A stretch of DNA of 64,000 bases, taken from the NCBI GenBank assembly GCA_024704765.1, contig JAKMXF010000099.1, positions 548,419 to 612,418 of the forward strand, written 5' to 3'. Below are positions 41,170 to 53,999 of the stretch, one piece after another. Each line of letters starts with the position of its first letter. The stretch's first letter is position 1. The notes under the pieces are model-generated. The model had not been told where the DNA came from. It saw nothing but the letters and a program-made list of their open reading frames with translations, and searched no databases. A program made the position numbers and the translations under genes. This DNA is from Oopsacas minuta. Taxonomy: Eukaryota > Animalia > Porifera.

Positions 41170-43490
41170 ACCCCTTTTGCTAAGGAGACAAAATTATACC
41201 GTCGTGAGAGCACTTGTTTTGACTTTACTTTTTTTCAAAATGTGATGGTAATCAATTACTTACGCATATGTTCTTTGGTGAATTTTACTTTTCTAGTTAC
41301 CTAGATGAGCCATATTTACTTTTGCTAGACTCTTGCTTCTTGCTCGTTTTAGGACTCTTTGGGTTATACAGTCAACTCCACTTATTTGGACAAACTGTTT
41401 CGAATATTTTGTCCCTATTAAGAGAAGTTACTAATTCACCTGATAATTTGTATTATTGATGCCATATTGCAGAAATTCGCACTTCTTTCGAAAACCTGTT
41501 GCTTAAAATTTTGAGATTCTTGTATTTAGTAGCCATGGACACTAGTCTCGTAATATTATGTGATAGAATTATGAGATTACTTTTGTGACACGAATTACAC
41601 CTGTGTTTCATTATACTTTGCTTATGAGTATTGCTAAGTGTGTTTGTTATTTGATTTGTATAAATATTTATACAACCACATTATCAAAATCGAATATTTT
41701 AATAAGATTGATCTAACTAGCAACCTAAAGTGCTAGTTAGCCTTCAGGGTCCAATCACAATAATCTAGATAAACCAATTTGACTCGGATTTTGAGAAATC
41801 CTACATCTACACCTTGTAGAAATTTCAAAGCATTCTGGTAACATTTGACCTAGCCACATTATTACATTTTCGTCTATCCTTGGTTTTCAAGGCCTCTCCA
41901 AAAAGTTATGGGATGAATCCGGCTAGCACAAAATTCAATCCACAACTTTCTCCAACACCTCAGAAATATTCTATCCCTGGTTTGGGAGGAGTTGTAGGAA
42001 ATTAGGCCTCGAACTTTGTGCTAGCCCGTACGAAGTCAAAATTCGGGCTCTAGCGAAGCATGCAAACACATCTTAGCTACATAGTACCGTTAAAAAGACA
42101 TTGATATCTCTGCATTTGGTGATGCCATATTCCGAGACCTGGGACCACTAGAAGGCACATCAAATTTTTCAAGTTGGCCCCAAGGGTCCAGGACTGTTGC
42201 ATCACCATATTTCGGGATGTCAATGTGTTCCTAACGGACAGGATTACATACTGTGCTAAAACTCGATTTTTTGATTTTGCACCGGCCAGCCACGAATTCG
42301 ATCGACAATTTGACATTTCGATAATTATGAGGGCCCTTGTAGACCATGAACAAACGAAAATTCAAACTCACGTGGTTCAGTCAAATCTGATTTGATTGCT
42401 TTGTTTTTCACTCTAGGTGTGGATAGGTAAGATCTCTTAACAAATTAGTAAATCAAAGTCCGAATAAATTTACAGTGCAAAATTACGAACTTTTAGAAGT
42501 ATTTACCAATTTTCGGAGAAATTTTAATGTCTTCAGGAATTATTGGTTTTATAATGTGTAAGTTCTCATAAGAAATTCATTCTTCAATTATGCTTCCTCT
42601 TCTTCATTTATGCCAGTGTTAGCTGAGCGATTTATCGTAAGGTATTCATTCAGGTTATTTAAATTTGACAGTCATCAGACAGGTGGTCACACCTTAATAA
42701 TAGATCTGCAGCTTCCTAAAATCTCCTTATTTTCACAGTATGTGTCTCTTGATAAGTTTCTAATAGTTAGTGTGTATGTGTACCAAAGGGAGATAGTAGT
42801 TAGGTCCGTTATTTTCTGTTATATCTCGAAATATTTGTTACATCATCGCAACATTATGTCTTCAAAACTTTACTTCACTTACGCCCTAATATTCAAATAT
42901 TAGTTGGCCAATTGTGGATATATGAGTTAATTCTGATTCATATTTGGAATCTATGTTGCAGTTTATGGACGTGCTTGGTGTGCACGCGTGCACACCAGTG
43001 TAATCGCGTGTACATCTACATGTTGGTGTGCACGTGTGCACACTGGTGTATGTCCATGCCATAATAAAATGTTCTCTTCTGGTTCTTTACTAAATACGAA
43101 ATTAAACATAATGAATATGTTGCAGTGCATTAATTATCATTATTATATCATTATTATATCATTGTTATCAACATTGTAATTTTTCATCATCCTTTGAAAA
43201 GTATTTGAGTTGCTAGTACCTAGAAATGAAAGGGAATATCAATAATTAATATAAAATAATATGACATAATTTGTGGCAACATTACAATGTATGCTGGAGG
43301 AAATACTATTAAACACATAAATTCTCAAGCACAAGGAAAGATATATTGATCTTCTTGAATACTGCTTGTATATACAATGATTTTCATTCCAAAGTTCGTC
43401 ATTATATTACCAATAATGTACTTTATGTACATTCTACATGGAAACAGTGTGGTTCTCGAGCTCTAAGCACGGATTATATCCTTAATTCCA

Positions 43491-43799
43491 TTGGTGACAA
43501 ATGATGATTTTCAATTCTATAAAAGTACTCTACTTATCCATCCGAGCTCTAAGTGTATCTCGGTTAACTTGATAAAATCAGATAACTCGTACACATTTGT
43601 TGCATTTTATAATCATCATCAGTGCCTCACCGAATTGTTTCTTAATATTCGTTCCAGTTCATCTCAAACCAAACGACAACATCTATTTCCTTTCTCACGA
43701 TGGTTATCATTAAGGAATTATCCAAATCTATCTATTCTTCTCCTTTTATCGGGAGATATTGAATTGAACCCTGGTCCTACCGGAAGAGAAGATTCATGA
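43491..43799 (+). CDS. Leader ORF ending in a 2A/StopGo-like peptide (LLLLSGDIELNPGP)
   Basis: D-I-E-L-N-P-G-P encoded at 43755-43778 after a Leu-rich run. The stop TGA overlaps the integrase ATG (ATGA, 43796-99). The true start codon is uncertain. Confidence 0.65.
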   Translation: MVTNDDFQFYKSTLLIHPSSKCISVNLIKSDNSYTFVAFYNHHQCLTELFLNIRSSSSQTKRQHLFPFSRWLSLRNYPNLSILLLLSGDIELNPGPTGREDS

Positions 43800-45818
43800 A
43801 AATTATTGACGAAAAGAAACTGGCTAATTCAGCCATTAATATATTCTCACCTGAAGAAATAGAGCAAAAAATCCGCATCCTGAAATCACAGAAACCTACA
43901 GAGAAAAATGCAAGACAAAAGTGGCAAAGTGTCCAGAATAGATTTAAACTTGTTTCATATCAAAGTGTTGAAACCCTATACCTTCGTGAAGCAAACAGAC
44001 ACAATTCCAAAAGAGTATTGGTGAGTAATGAAATCTACGATGTCCTAGAAGAATTTCACGTCAAAATCACGAACATTCAAGAAGGACAAAATTGTATAAG
44101 AGAGTTACTCAATATTACTTTGGAGTTACTGAAGAACTGTGTGGTATTTATGTCAAAATGTGTCCAGCTTACAATCTAAAAAGGGGAAAGAAATCCTTAA
44201 AGTCTGTAGTTACCAAGCCAATCGTATCAAGAAATTACCTGAGCAGAGGGCAAATTGATCTTAGATTTCAGAGATATGAATCTGGCTGAAAACATGTCAC
44301 CAGATGGAGTCACTCCCTATAAATACCTTTTGGTCTACATTGACCATTTTACCAAAAAATAAACTTGGTCCCACTAGTTAGAAAAACAGCAGAAAATGTT
44401 CGTGATATTTTAATTGAAATATTCTGCGATCAAGGCCCACCTCTAATATTGCATTCTGATAATGGAGGAGAATTCTCAAATCGCCTTCTATTCGAAACTT
44501 TGCGAGATACTTGGCCCTCTACAAAAATTGTGCATGGTAAACCCAGGCATCCTGAGTGTCAGGGGACAGTAGAGCGTGTGAATAGAGAGGTTAAAGACGG
44601 ATTATTTGCCATGATGCATGATAATAATGATTAATGCTGGGTAAAGTAGTTAAAGTGAGTAAAATTTAACTACAACACAAGTTACCATACAACTATTCGA
44701 ATGACGCCATTTGAAGCTGTATATGGCAGACCTCCATTCTTCGGACTCGCCACTCTTAATGTTCCTTAAGAACATTGGGGTGTGATTAATAACGAGGACG
44801 ATTTGAATAACTTTCAATAAACCTCTGTTGCTGATCCAATCTCAGCATCTGTTGATGAATTATCTGAATCATCTAACTTGTCTGATAACGAAGTGCCTAC
44901 ATATACAGAAGAGTGTCCTAATGAACCATAATCTCCATATTTATCTAAGTTCCCGCCTATTTCCGACGATTATGAATTCTCAATATCAGATACAGTTCCA
45001 CCTCGCACAATTGTCGATGGTATAGAATATAACAGTAATTTTGAAACCCCAACATCAAGTATTCCAGTAATTTTGGAGAATCAAATTAGAGCTCTTGAAT
45101 CAGATAATTTAATTTCTGAGAAACAGTTTCCCATGAGACGACTATCTAGTAGTTCATCAATAGTTTCAAATATAAATTCAACCAATTCAACTAACTTACT
45201 CTGTGCTGTATGTGAGAATGAAACAAGTGGAGTACACTCTTGCCCTGAATGTTGTCGTTTCGTCCACATACCTTGCGGAATTCAACAAGGGGAAGAGGGA
45301 TTTGGGAGCTCAGTATGGTGTCAAGGTTGTTTTCTCAAAGAAAGGAGTACAAATACCCATCATTTATGAAAAGGAATAAAAAGAAATCAGGAAACATTAC
45401 ATGATCGTATGCTAAAGTCAAGTGGGAAAAATTCAAACCAGCTGAAATCGGTGATATTGTGCTTATACCAATTTCCCAACCTGATAAGATGAGTTCGATT
45501 GGACCACGCAATCTTATGGGTCATATCATCGACGCACATGATTCTGTTTATACTGTAGCTACATCACATGGCACTATTTCCTCTGGCTATGCAAGGAATC
45601 AGTTTGATGTTTGTCCATTCAGAATCAGTTCAAATGAGTCTTGCCATACTTCTATAGTCAGTCAAACGGAAGCAATGCAAAGTGCTTCTCTGGGCCTCAG
45701 TGGTTCAGCATGTAGATGTAAGCACTGTAAAACACTAAGGTGCACTTTCAAGAAATCAGGTAGAAGTTGCAAAACTAAATACCATAAGGATCACACTTGC
45801 TTTAACAAGTTCGCATAA
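43796..45818 (+). pseudogene. KRBA2/SCAND3-like integrase with C-terminal Cys-rich domains
   Basis: SRGQIDL, YKYLLVYIDHFTKK, GPPLILHSDNGGEF, WPSTKIVHGKPRHPECQGTVERVN, MTPFEAVYG, CAVC..HSCPEC..VH..CG...EEGFG..WC..C, GPRNLMG, YARNQF, terminal CRC..C..C..K...C...H...C.NK. Frameshifts and stops present. Confidence 0.88.
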
Positions 45819-46882
45819 CATACTACTAGCAGAGAGAACAGTCATTACGTATAACACAAGTCATCACTTAATATTTTTTAGAACTTTTAAATTGTCAAAT
45901 CATTAGTTTATAATAAGAATACGATAAGGATTTCTTGCTCAGTCTCAAAAATTATTTTAAATTGGATAATACAGACACTTAGCTACACGAGTAGTCGAGT
46001 AGATTATAAATAATTTAGTGTATTGGACAATTGGAATTATTATGTGGTAATGGTACGGAGTTAACCGTTGTAACGTAACTAGATACGAAATAGAGTCTAG
46101 TTCATCTTAAGATGTTCTAGTTACTAGGCCATCCATGTAGTAGTGTAGTAAGTAGTCTTAATAGTTTGTTCAAAACAATTTGCTTAAGGTAATTACGAAA
46201 AGTGGAACTCGGGAAAACAGTACACCTAGGGAAACAATATTTTCAGTACTATCCGAGCGTACGTCTTATCCAAACATGGATTGAATTAGAATGGATGGGA
46301 ACAAATTTTAGACACAAATTAATTAGTAAGTTTGCAACCGAGTATTACTGTATTTGGAGAATAGTTCAATAATCGGTTGCAAACCGAAAATCAATAACCG
46401 GTTGGGTTGCTATTCATAATACTGATATTTGGTTCAATCGATTTCAGCATTGTAAATTAGTAATAAATGTGGCCACAAGTACATGCATAACAATGGTTTC
46501 GAAGTGTTCAGTCAAAGAATTATGGTAAATTTCTGTGAGCAGAAATCCCAGATTACTAAAATAGAATGTTGACCATTTACGAACTGAACAATTATGGAAC
46601 AATTAATCAAAGACATTTATTACTAAATAGATACGTATCAAACAAACCTTAAACTCTGTTACTGCTATCGCTATAAACTGAACAAACAAGTCAAAATACA
46701 AAGATAATTACGTACTTTTCCCCAGTGATAGATTGAGTTCCGAGCTGAATAGAAATCTAATTCTGCATATTGCTGAAAATCTAATTCCGCATATTGCTCA
46801 ATTGTTATGGAAAGTTTAGATATATATCCTATAATTAAATATATTTGTATCTCTATAATTAGAACTATTGTATCGCTAATTA

Positions 46883-49169
46883 CACAACTCAACAAGATTT
46901 CTCATCAGAGATCACATACATTTATCTTAGCATACTTTTGAATGCTGAACTCGAATCAGCAATCAGAATTTCTCTAGCACGTCTAGTTATTCTGATATCC
47001 AATATCCACTTTTTCAATAGTACAGTAGTACCTAGTTACTAAATTGCTATATGAGCATGCCTATTTTGATTCAATTATCTGGAATATAAATGACTTTACT
47101 TATTTGAATTCAAGCAAATCAAATTATAAACATGCATCGTAATTCTAGAACTCATCCCGACAATTTCTGTTGCGTTTGTGGTCTTTTTTGCGTAAAATCA
47201 CAAAGACGACCAATCACAAATCAATTAAAGAACATATACAAATTGTACTTCGAATGTCAACTTGGTGACCAAGACAAGTCGTGGGCACCACATGTTATAT
47301 GCACTTCTTGTTCAAGTGGACTACGTGATTGGTTGAATAAAAGGAAAGTTTCAATTCCATTTGCAATACCCATGGTCTGGAGGGAACAGAAAAATCACCT
47401 TGATGATTGTTACTTTTGCCTTATCGACATTACAGGATTCTCAGCCAAGAATAAGCACGCTCTTGTTTACCCAGACTTGGATTCTGCTCGCAGGCCAATT
47501 CCACACGACATCTCATTACCAATCCCAACTCCCAAGCCACAGCAAATTAAAATCGGGTCTGATATGGTGGAAGATGTTCATGCAAATTCTACAGATGCTA
47601 ATTATGTCCCGGAAGATGAATTACTAGAGCCACAAACATTTACACAGGGAGAATTGAATGACCTGGTCAGGGATCTAGACTTATCTAAAGACAAAGCTGA
47701 ACTCCTTGCATCCAGGCTCAAACAGAAAACCTACTCGACAAAGATGTCCTAGTATCCCACTATCGCAAGCGAAATTTTGATCTTGCTCAATACTACACCA
47801 CTGATGGTCCACTATGCTATTGTAATGATATCGAAGGACTCTATGTAAACCAATTACAAGAACATTCTTCCTCTGATTGTCGCCTTTTCATCGACTCGTC
47901 AAAACGCAGTTTGAAAGCTGTTCTGTTGCATAACGGAAATCTAAAGCCTGGCATTCCAATTGCTCACTCCGTTTATCTCAAAGAATCCTTCGTCAATTTG
48001 CAGGAAGTTTTGGAGGCAATACAGTATAGAACACATATATGGAATATCTGCGGTGATCTTAAGATAATCGGGCTCTTGATGGGCTTGCAACAAGGTTTTA
48101 TAAAGTATTGTTGTTTCCTATGTCTATGGGACAGCCGAGCAACTGGTGAACATTATAAAAAATGTGATTGGCCGAAGAGAACCCATGCAATGGGGAAAAC
48201 CAATTACAGCATTCGCCATTGGTAGATCTAAACAAATTTTTCTTACCCCCACTTCATATTAGACTTGGATTAATGAGAACATTCGTTAAAACAATGGGCA
48301 AAACAAATCACGAAAGATTTCTGCATTTGGTAGGTAAATTTCCGAAACTAAGCGAGGCAAAGTTAAAAGAGAGAGTATTTGTAGGACCACAAATCAGACA
48401 AGTATTCAGAGATCCAGATTTCGAGAAATTATCCGAATTAGAAATGAGTGCTTGGAATTCTTTCAAATGGGTTTGTGAAAACTTTTCGGGCAACAAGAAG
48501 TCGTCCAACTACAAAGAATGAGTGGAAACCTTGCTTAACGCATACGAGAAGATGGGCTGTCGCATGTCGCTAAAACTTCACTTCTTGCACTCTCACCTTG
48601 ATTTTTTCCCTGAGAACCTTGGTGCTGTAAGTGATGAACAGGGTGAGAGATTCCACCAAGACATACAGGAGATGGAAACCCGATACCAAGGTTTCTGGAA
48701 TGAAGGCATGATGTCCGATTACTGTTGGAGGCTCTTCAGGGATAATCCCAACAAGATATATAAAAGGAAGTCGACTCTCAACACTTTTAATTTAGTTAGC
48801 TACCTTTATACTTCTAGATGGATATGTATTTCCCCTTAGTTTGTGAGTAGTTGATACATACATGAATGTGAATAATTATATGTAAGAGCTAGGATAATAA
48901 CTGATATTTTCTTGGCATTAATCTAAAACATCGAAACGTTGATTTATTTCAGATGGCTATCATGTAAGAAGACAAAAAGACAGCCACTACCATAAAATAA
49001 CAGGAAAAATTTAGGAAATACATAAAAATCGTTGACTTGTAGATGGAAAATAAACTGGACGTGCTGGAAAGAATCTGAAAGCAGATTTGAACTCAGCGTA
49101 AAAAACTAACTTAGAAAATGCCAATCTAATACTTGATGAGAAAATGAAGTTAAATTTTGTTGACCTGTG
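46883..49169 (+). mobile_element. Full-length Chapaev3 element, family B (transposase pseudogene 47132-48839)
   Basis: TIRs CACAACTCAACAAGATTT / AAATTTTGTTGACCTGTG (15/18), TTA on both flanks. Motifs HPDNFCCVCG, GDQDKSWAPHVIC, WREQKNHLDDCYFC, SDEQGERFHQDI. Confidence 0.9.
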
Positions 49170-50622
49170 TTATATTATTTAATAAAGAACCAGAAGAGAA
49201 CATTTTATTATTGCATGGCCATACACCAGTGTGCACACCTGCACATCAATATTTTGGTGTACACGCGATTACACTGGTGTGCACGTGTGCACACCAAGCA
49301 CGTCCATAAACTGCAACATCTACACTTATGACTTACCCTAGATCCCATTTTTCTCGCACATTCGGACATTTTTCCACTGGTTTATGGTCTTTATGAAATT
49401 TATGTCACTCTGCCATTGGTGGCCCAGACAAATGGAGAATAATGGAGATTATTTGAACATGACTTTGAATACGAAATTTCCCTATATAATATTGATTCAA
49501 GGTTTGAACAGTTTTTTTCTTATTATACACATATATTATATGTGCCTACCATATGTGCGCTTATTGTACAATTAGCACAAATTATATACATATATATATC
49601 ATAACTCTGCTCAAAATTGTAAGATGTTTTGAAAAATTTCAAAAAGGTAATAATGTGTTAATGTTGATATCTATAACCAGAAGTAAAAAGTTTGTACACT
49701 TTATGAAGTCACACATTTACTAATACCACTACTATATGAATATGGACGGATTGCTGAATAATTGAATTGGTAGTGCCATTTGCAGCGCAAAATCCTGCGT
49801 AACCGAAATCGTACGTAACAGGCCCAAGAATATTTGTGAAAATGGATGTAAAAATATGAAAACACTTCTATATACCTCTTTGTTTAGCCCTCCCCCAAAT
49901 ACTCGTTCACCAACACCTTATGTATATAATGCTGTATCGTATAAATAGGACATGCTAATAGTATTTCCGAATATTTGATTATCTTAGTGTTTGAGCGTAT
50001 CACGACTCAAAAATGACGCAAAACACCACTGATATCTATACTTATTTAACTTTATAATTATCCCTATCTCTCATCCTATGTGATTGCATTTTATCTAGAA
50101 TTCATCAATCAACTTAACAGCGAAAGAGGATTATGCTAGTATTGTATTAGAGAATGTTACCGAAGTCAATTTTCAGGTAATCCCCATTCTGTATCGTACA
50201 CCTCTCATCCCATCTCTATTTTACCTTGTTAGTGCCCATCGTCTGTTCTCTATTGTATATACCCTTTATGGTTGATTCAGAAAATTCTAACTTTTCAAAC
50301 ATTGATGACCAACCTAGTATTCTGTGTGATTGCGTCGAAAATAACCCTACGATAATTTCAGTACACGTCGTTTAGGTTTGCCCAGTGTACTATAATTTGC
50401 CAATGTGGACTTTCATTGAAGGGTTCTGATATCCATGGGCGAAAAATTTGAGTTACTAAATAACAATTTCAATATAGTGAATAGCCAAATCGGGGCTATA
50501 TGGGTGATTTCTTCTCTGAAGATGATACATTTTCACATGCTAAAATGTATAGCTGTGGAGATACTAGAGAGAACGTTGTTCTTAGTCTCCAATGGGTTAG
50601 TATAACCTTTGTTTCAACCATA

Positions 50623-51975
50623 CAGTGCCGGTCAAAAAGAATTGCTCAGAATAAATTTACCCCAAATTCTTATATCTATGACTGATTTTAACAATAATGC
50701 TTTATTATAATCAAGTAAATTGTTGTTAGTATTTAGTAGTACCTCCTCTTGCTTGAATTACAGCTTTACATCTTTGCGGCATACTCTCAATTAGAGTATG
50801 GAGCCTGTTAATGTCGATGCTATCCCAAGTGCTTAATATAGCATTCCACAACTCTGAGTAGTTGGATGGGCTTTTCTCTTGAATTCTGAGGGAAATGTGA
50901 TCCCAGAGATTCTCAATCGGATCTAGATCAGGTGACTGAGCAAGCCAATTCATAACCTCTATTTTTTGCTCACCAAACCATTGCTTAGTACCCTTTGACT
51001 TATGGCATGGGGCGTTGTCTTGCTGAAATGTCCAGTCAGAATGTAGAGAATGCAAATCAACGCTTGGGATTAGTGCATTCTCCAATATATCAATGTAGGA
51101 ATTTGTCTTGAGGTTCCCAGATACTTTCTATAAGAGTCCTACGCCACTCCAGCAAAAGCATCCCCAAACCATGATGCCACCTCCACCAAACTTGCAAGTT
51201 TTTTGAAGACACCTCTCTGAGAACTCCTCCCCTTTCATCCTCCTTACGTAGGCTCTCCCGTCATTAGTATACAGAAGGAACCTAGATTCGTCACTGAACA
51301 CAACTCTTGCACATTCTTCAGTATTCCAATTCTTGTGCGATCTTGCGAAGGAAAGTCGGTCTCTTTTGTGCTTGGTAGTAAGGCGGGACTTCCTTCGCGG
51401 TTTTCGTCCGAACAGTCCAGCCCCTCGTAACCTTCTCTGAACTGTTGAAGTGGAAAGTTTTATCGAATATTCTGATAGCACTTCAGCTTTGATCTGAGTA
51501 GCAGTCTTAAATCGATCCTTTTTGCATTTTCTGACCAATAAATTGTCTTGCCTTTTGGTTGTGACACGAGGCCTACCCGGAATAGCGAGGTCTCTTACCG
51601 TGCCAGTCAGCCTGTGTTTTTTAAGGATCTCGGCTACACTTTTTTGGCTACACCCAACCATTTTAGCCACCTCCCTCTGAGTATGGCCACTTTCTGAAAG
51701 TAGGATCAGGTTGGCTCGATTTTCAATGGAAATTCGGAGTTTAGAAGGCATTGAAAATTCGATAAAAACAGATAAATTGGAAAAAAAGAATATAAAATAA
51801 AAACTGTAAGTTGTGCAAATATAATGAATGGATTAGCTGTGTTGGTGTGTTACTTGTCAAAATACATATGGCTGAGTATGGTTTCGCAAGAATTCAACTA
51901 TCTGGTCAGTGTATACAATTTGACATTTACTATACTGTATACATTCATTTTGAGCAATTCTTTTGACCGGCACTG
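50623..51975 (-). mobile_element. Near-intact Tc1 (DD34E) element; transposase 50726-51751 with one in-frame stop
   Basis: TA-CAGTGCCGGTCAAAA(A)GAATTGCTCA TIRs. Paired-like HTH, GRPRVTT, FSDESRF, GGGIMVWGCF, QQDNAPCH..SPDLDPIENLW (D34E). The two listed ORFs are in frame across the TAG at 51128-30. Confidence 0.95.
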
Positions 51976-52149
51976 TATTCTTTTCTTCTATCAATAAATA
52001 GACTATTTATTCCTGTAAGTCATTTTGAACTTTTAATCCATTAGTCTATGTTCAGTTATTATTTTATTTTTTAAATCTACACGACGATCCAGATTATCTG
52101 TGAAAATTTCAAAAGTTCGGGCCACTGGTAATATGTAAAGTACTGTAGG

Positions 52150-52850
52150 GTATACTTTCCACATAATGTCCTCGGTTTATAAACTTTCCTCGGCGGTCTA
52201 AATCTCAAGAACTACATCTTTTAGCTTGTGAAAACGTAATATCTGCAAACATGAAAACACTTCACCAGTTACCACTGCATATTTTTCAATATCGAATTCG
52301 GAACGTTAATTGGAAATGATTTTCAATTGTTAATAACATAGAGCTATTCACCTTACAGTAATGGTCCCTTACTGCGTACCTGACGGGACCAAAAATGTTG
52401 TTGTTCTAAACATACTTCATACAAGGGAATGGAGCACAGTATGAATCATGTTTGGAGAGATTTGATAGAGACCCATTCGCTTGGGAAATTTTCGGAATAA
52501 ACACAAAACTCACACCTGTGACGGAATTTGGACGTAATTAATGTCTTTTTGTAAATGAAATTTCATATTCTTTGCAATTGCTCAGCCATATACATTATTT
52601 ATGAAATTTACATCAGATATACTCTTCAAAATGATCCAACTCCTGATCTCCTAATTTTAACCAAATACAAACCCATCAAGGAATCATGAGTACTTTATTA
52701 TTCACCATAATTGAATATACGTATCACAAATCTCGATAATTTATATACATTGTTATTTATCAATGCATTTAGTGCGAGATTCATATCGAAAAACCGACGA
52801 GGTGGTACTTTTCTTTTGAATGGACCATGGAAAATATTATTTTTTCCCCT
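52150..52850 (-). pseudogene. Possible highly degenerate piggyBac-like transposase
   Basis: Order of weak motifs PRRFFD..L..NVY, LMGL, WVSI.S and YVFTS resembles the PGBD layout. No TTAA-bounded ends identified. Confidence 0.25.
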
Positions 52851-53999
52851 ATTTTCTGTACTCAGGCAGGCTGTGCCAATTTTATTGAGTCGCTCAATAA
52901 CCAAAAAGAATTTGAAAATAAATATTGCTGCCAAATGTTCAAGCTAAGTCAAAGCATACTGCAAAAGCATAGTGACCTAGCAAGCTAAGCTGGCTGGATA
53001 TATAATATGCAATAATATTGTGCAAATATCCAAGATTTGTAGATATACCATAAAGTGTACTTGACTTGGGAATTTTTGGAGTTCTATGAGCAGGACCGTT
53101 GAAAACAATTCTTGGTCCTGTTCAAAGAATAGTTTTGTGCCACCCTAGTATGTATTCTATACCAGGGCAGAAAATATTCTTGTTTAAACACTCTTATATA
53201 TTCTGTGTTTTAATCTATATTATAATTGAGCATGTTACCGTTGCTTGCACTGCGCGACTTCGGCACTTCGTGCCTCGAATTTAACTATAGTATAACAAAA
53301 TCAATTTATGAAATTATTATTTGTAACTATTTAATGTGTGAAATTTTAAAATTATTGGCACTTGAAGTCCCATGTATAGTCGTTGAGACCAAGTCCCTTC
53401 GATTATACAAATTTATATTATTTCTTTACTTTATATTCACAATAATAATGATAATTTATCTACGAGAACCTTGAAATTCGGATTTAAATTCCTTTGTTAC
53501 CCAACTATAAATGTTGAGAGCAAATCTCTTCCAATATTTTCAGATTATTAAGTTTAATTACTTCAAATTTGGATTCAGCATATTCTATTTGTATTTAATA
53601 CTGCTTACCATGGATAACATACATTTTGAAATTTTTGTGGCCCGCTCAAAGCCTTAAATGCGGCCTCTACCATTAATTGTTTGCCGACCCTTGCTGTACA
53701 TAAGAAAAAGTGCTTGAACATTAATTGATTGGCGACAAACAATGTTATAGTATTGGTTTTCCTGGCCGCCATACACAGTAGGCATTTAGTGGAAAAATAG
53801 AATATTTTTAACTTTCTCTAGTTCATAAATTCATTATCTCTATTTAGTTAAGCATACTCTCTCAAAGCTGGGAAAATATTTTCATGTTGATTCACATATT
53901 ATCTGCGTAGTTAGGTTATGGCTAACATCATCATTTTGAATTTTGAGAATGTATATTCTTGGGGTTTGCACAAACTAATAGACTTCATCAATATTATAC

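Larger units (their letters stand above)
42954..49318 (+). mobile_element. Ginger2/TDD-like DNA transposon (KRBA2/SCAND3-type integrase) with 143-bp TIRs and a nested Chapaev3
   Basis: TGTTGCAGTTTATGGACGTGC ... GCACGTCCATAAACTGCAACA. TIRs at 42954-43096 and 49176-49318. Perfect 4-bp TSD TCTA (42950-53, 49319-22). Confidence 0.9.
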
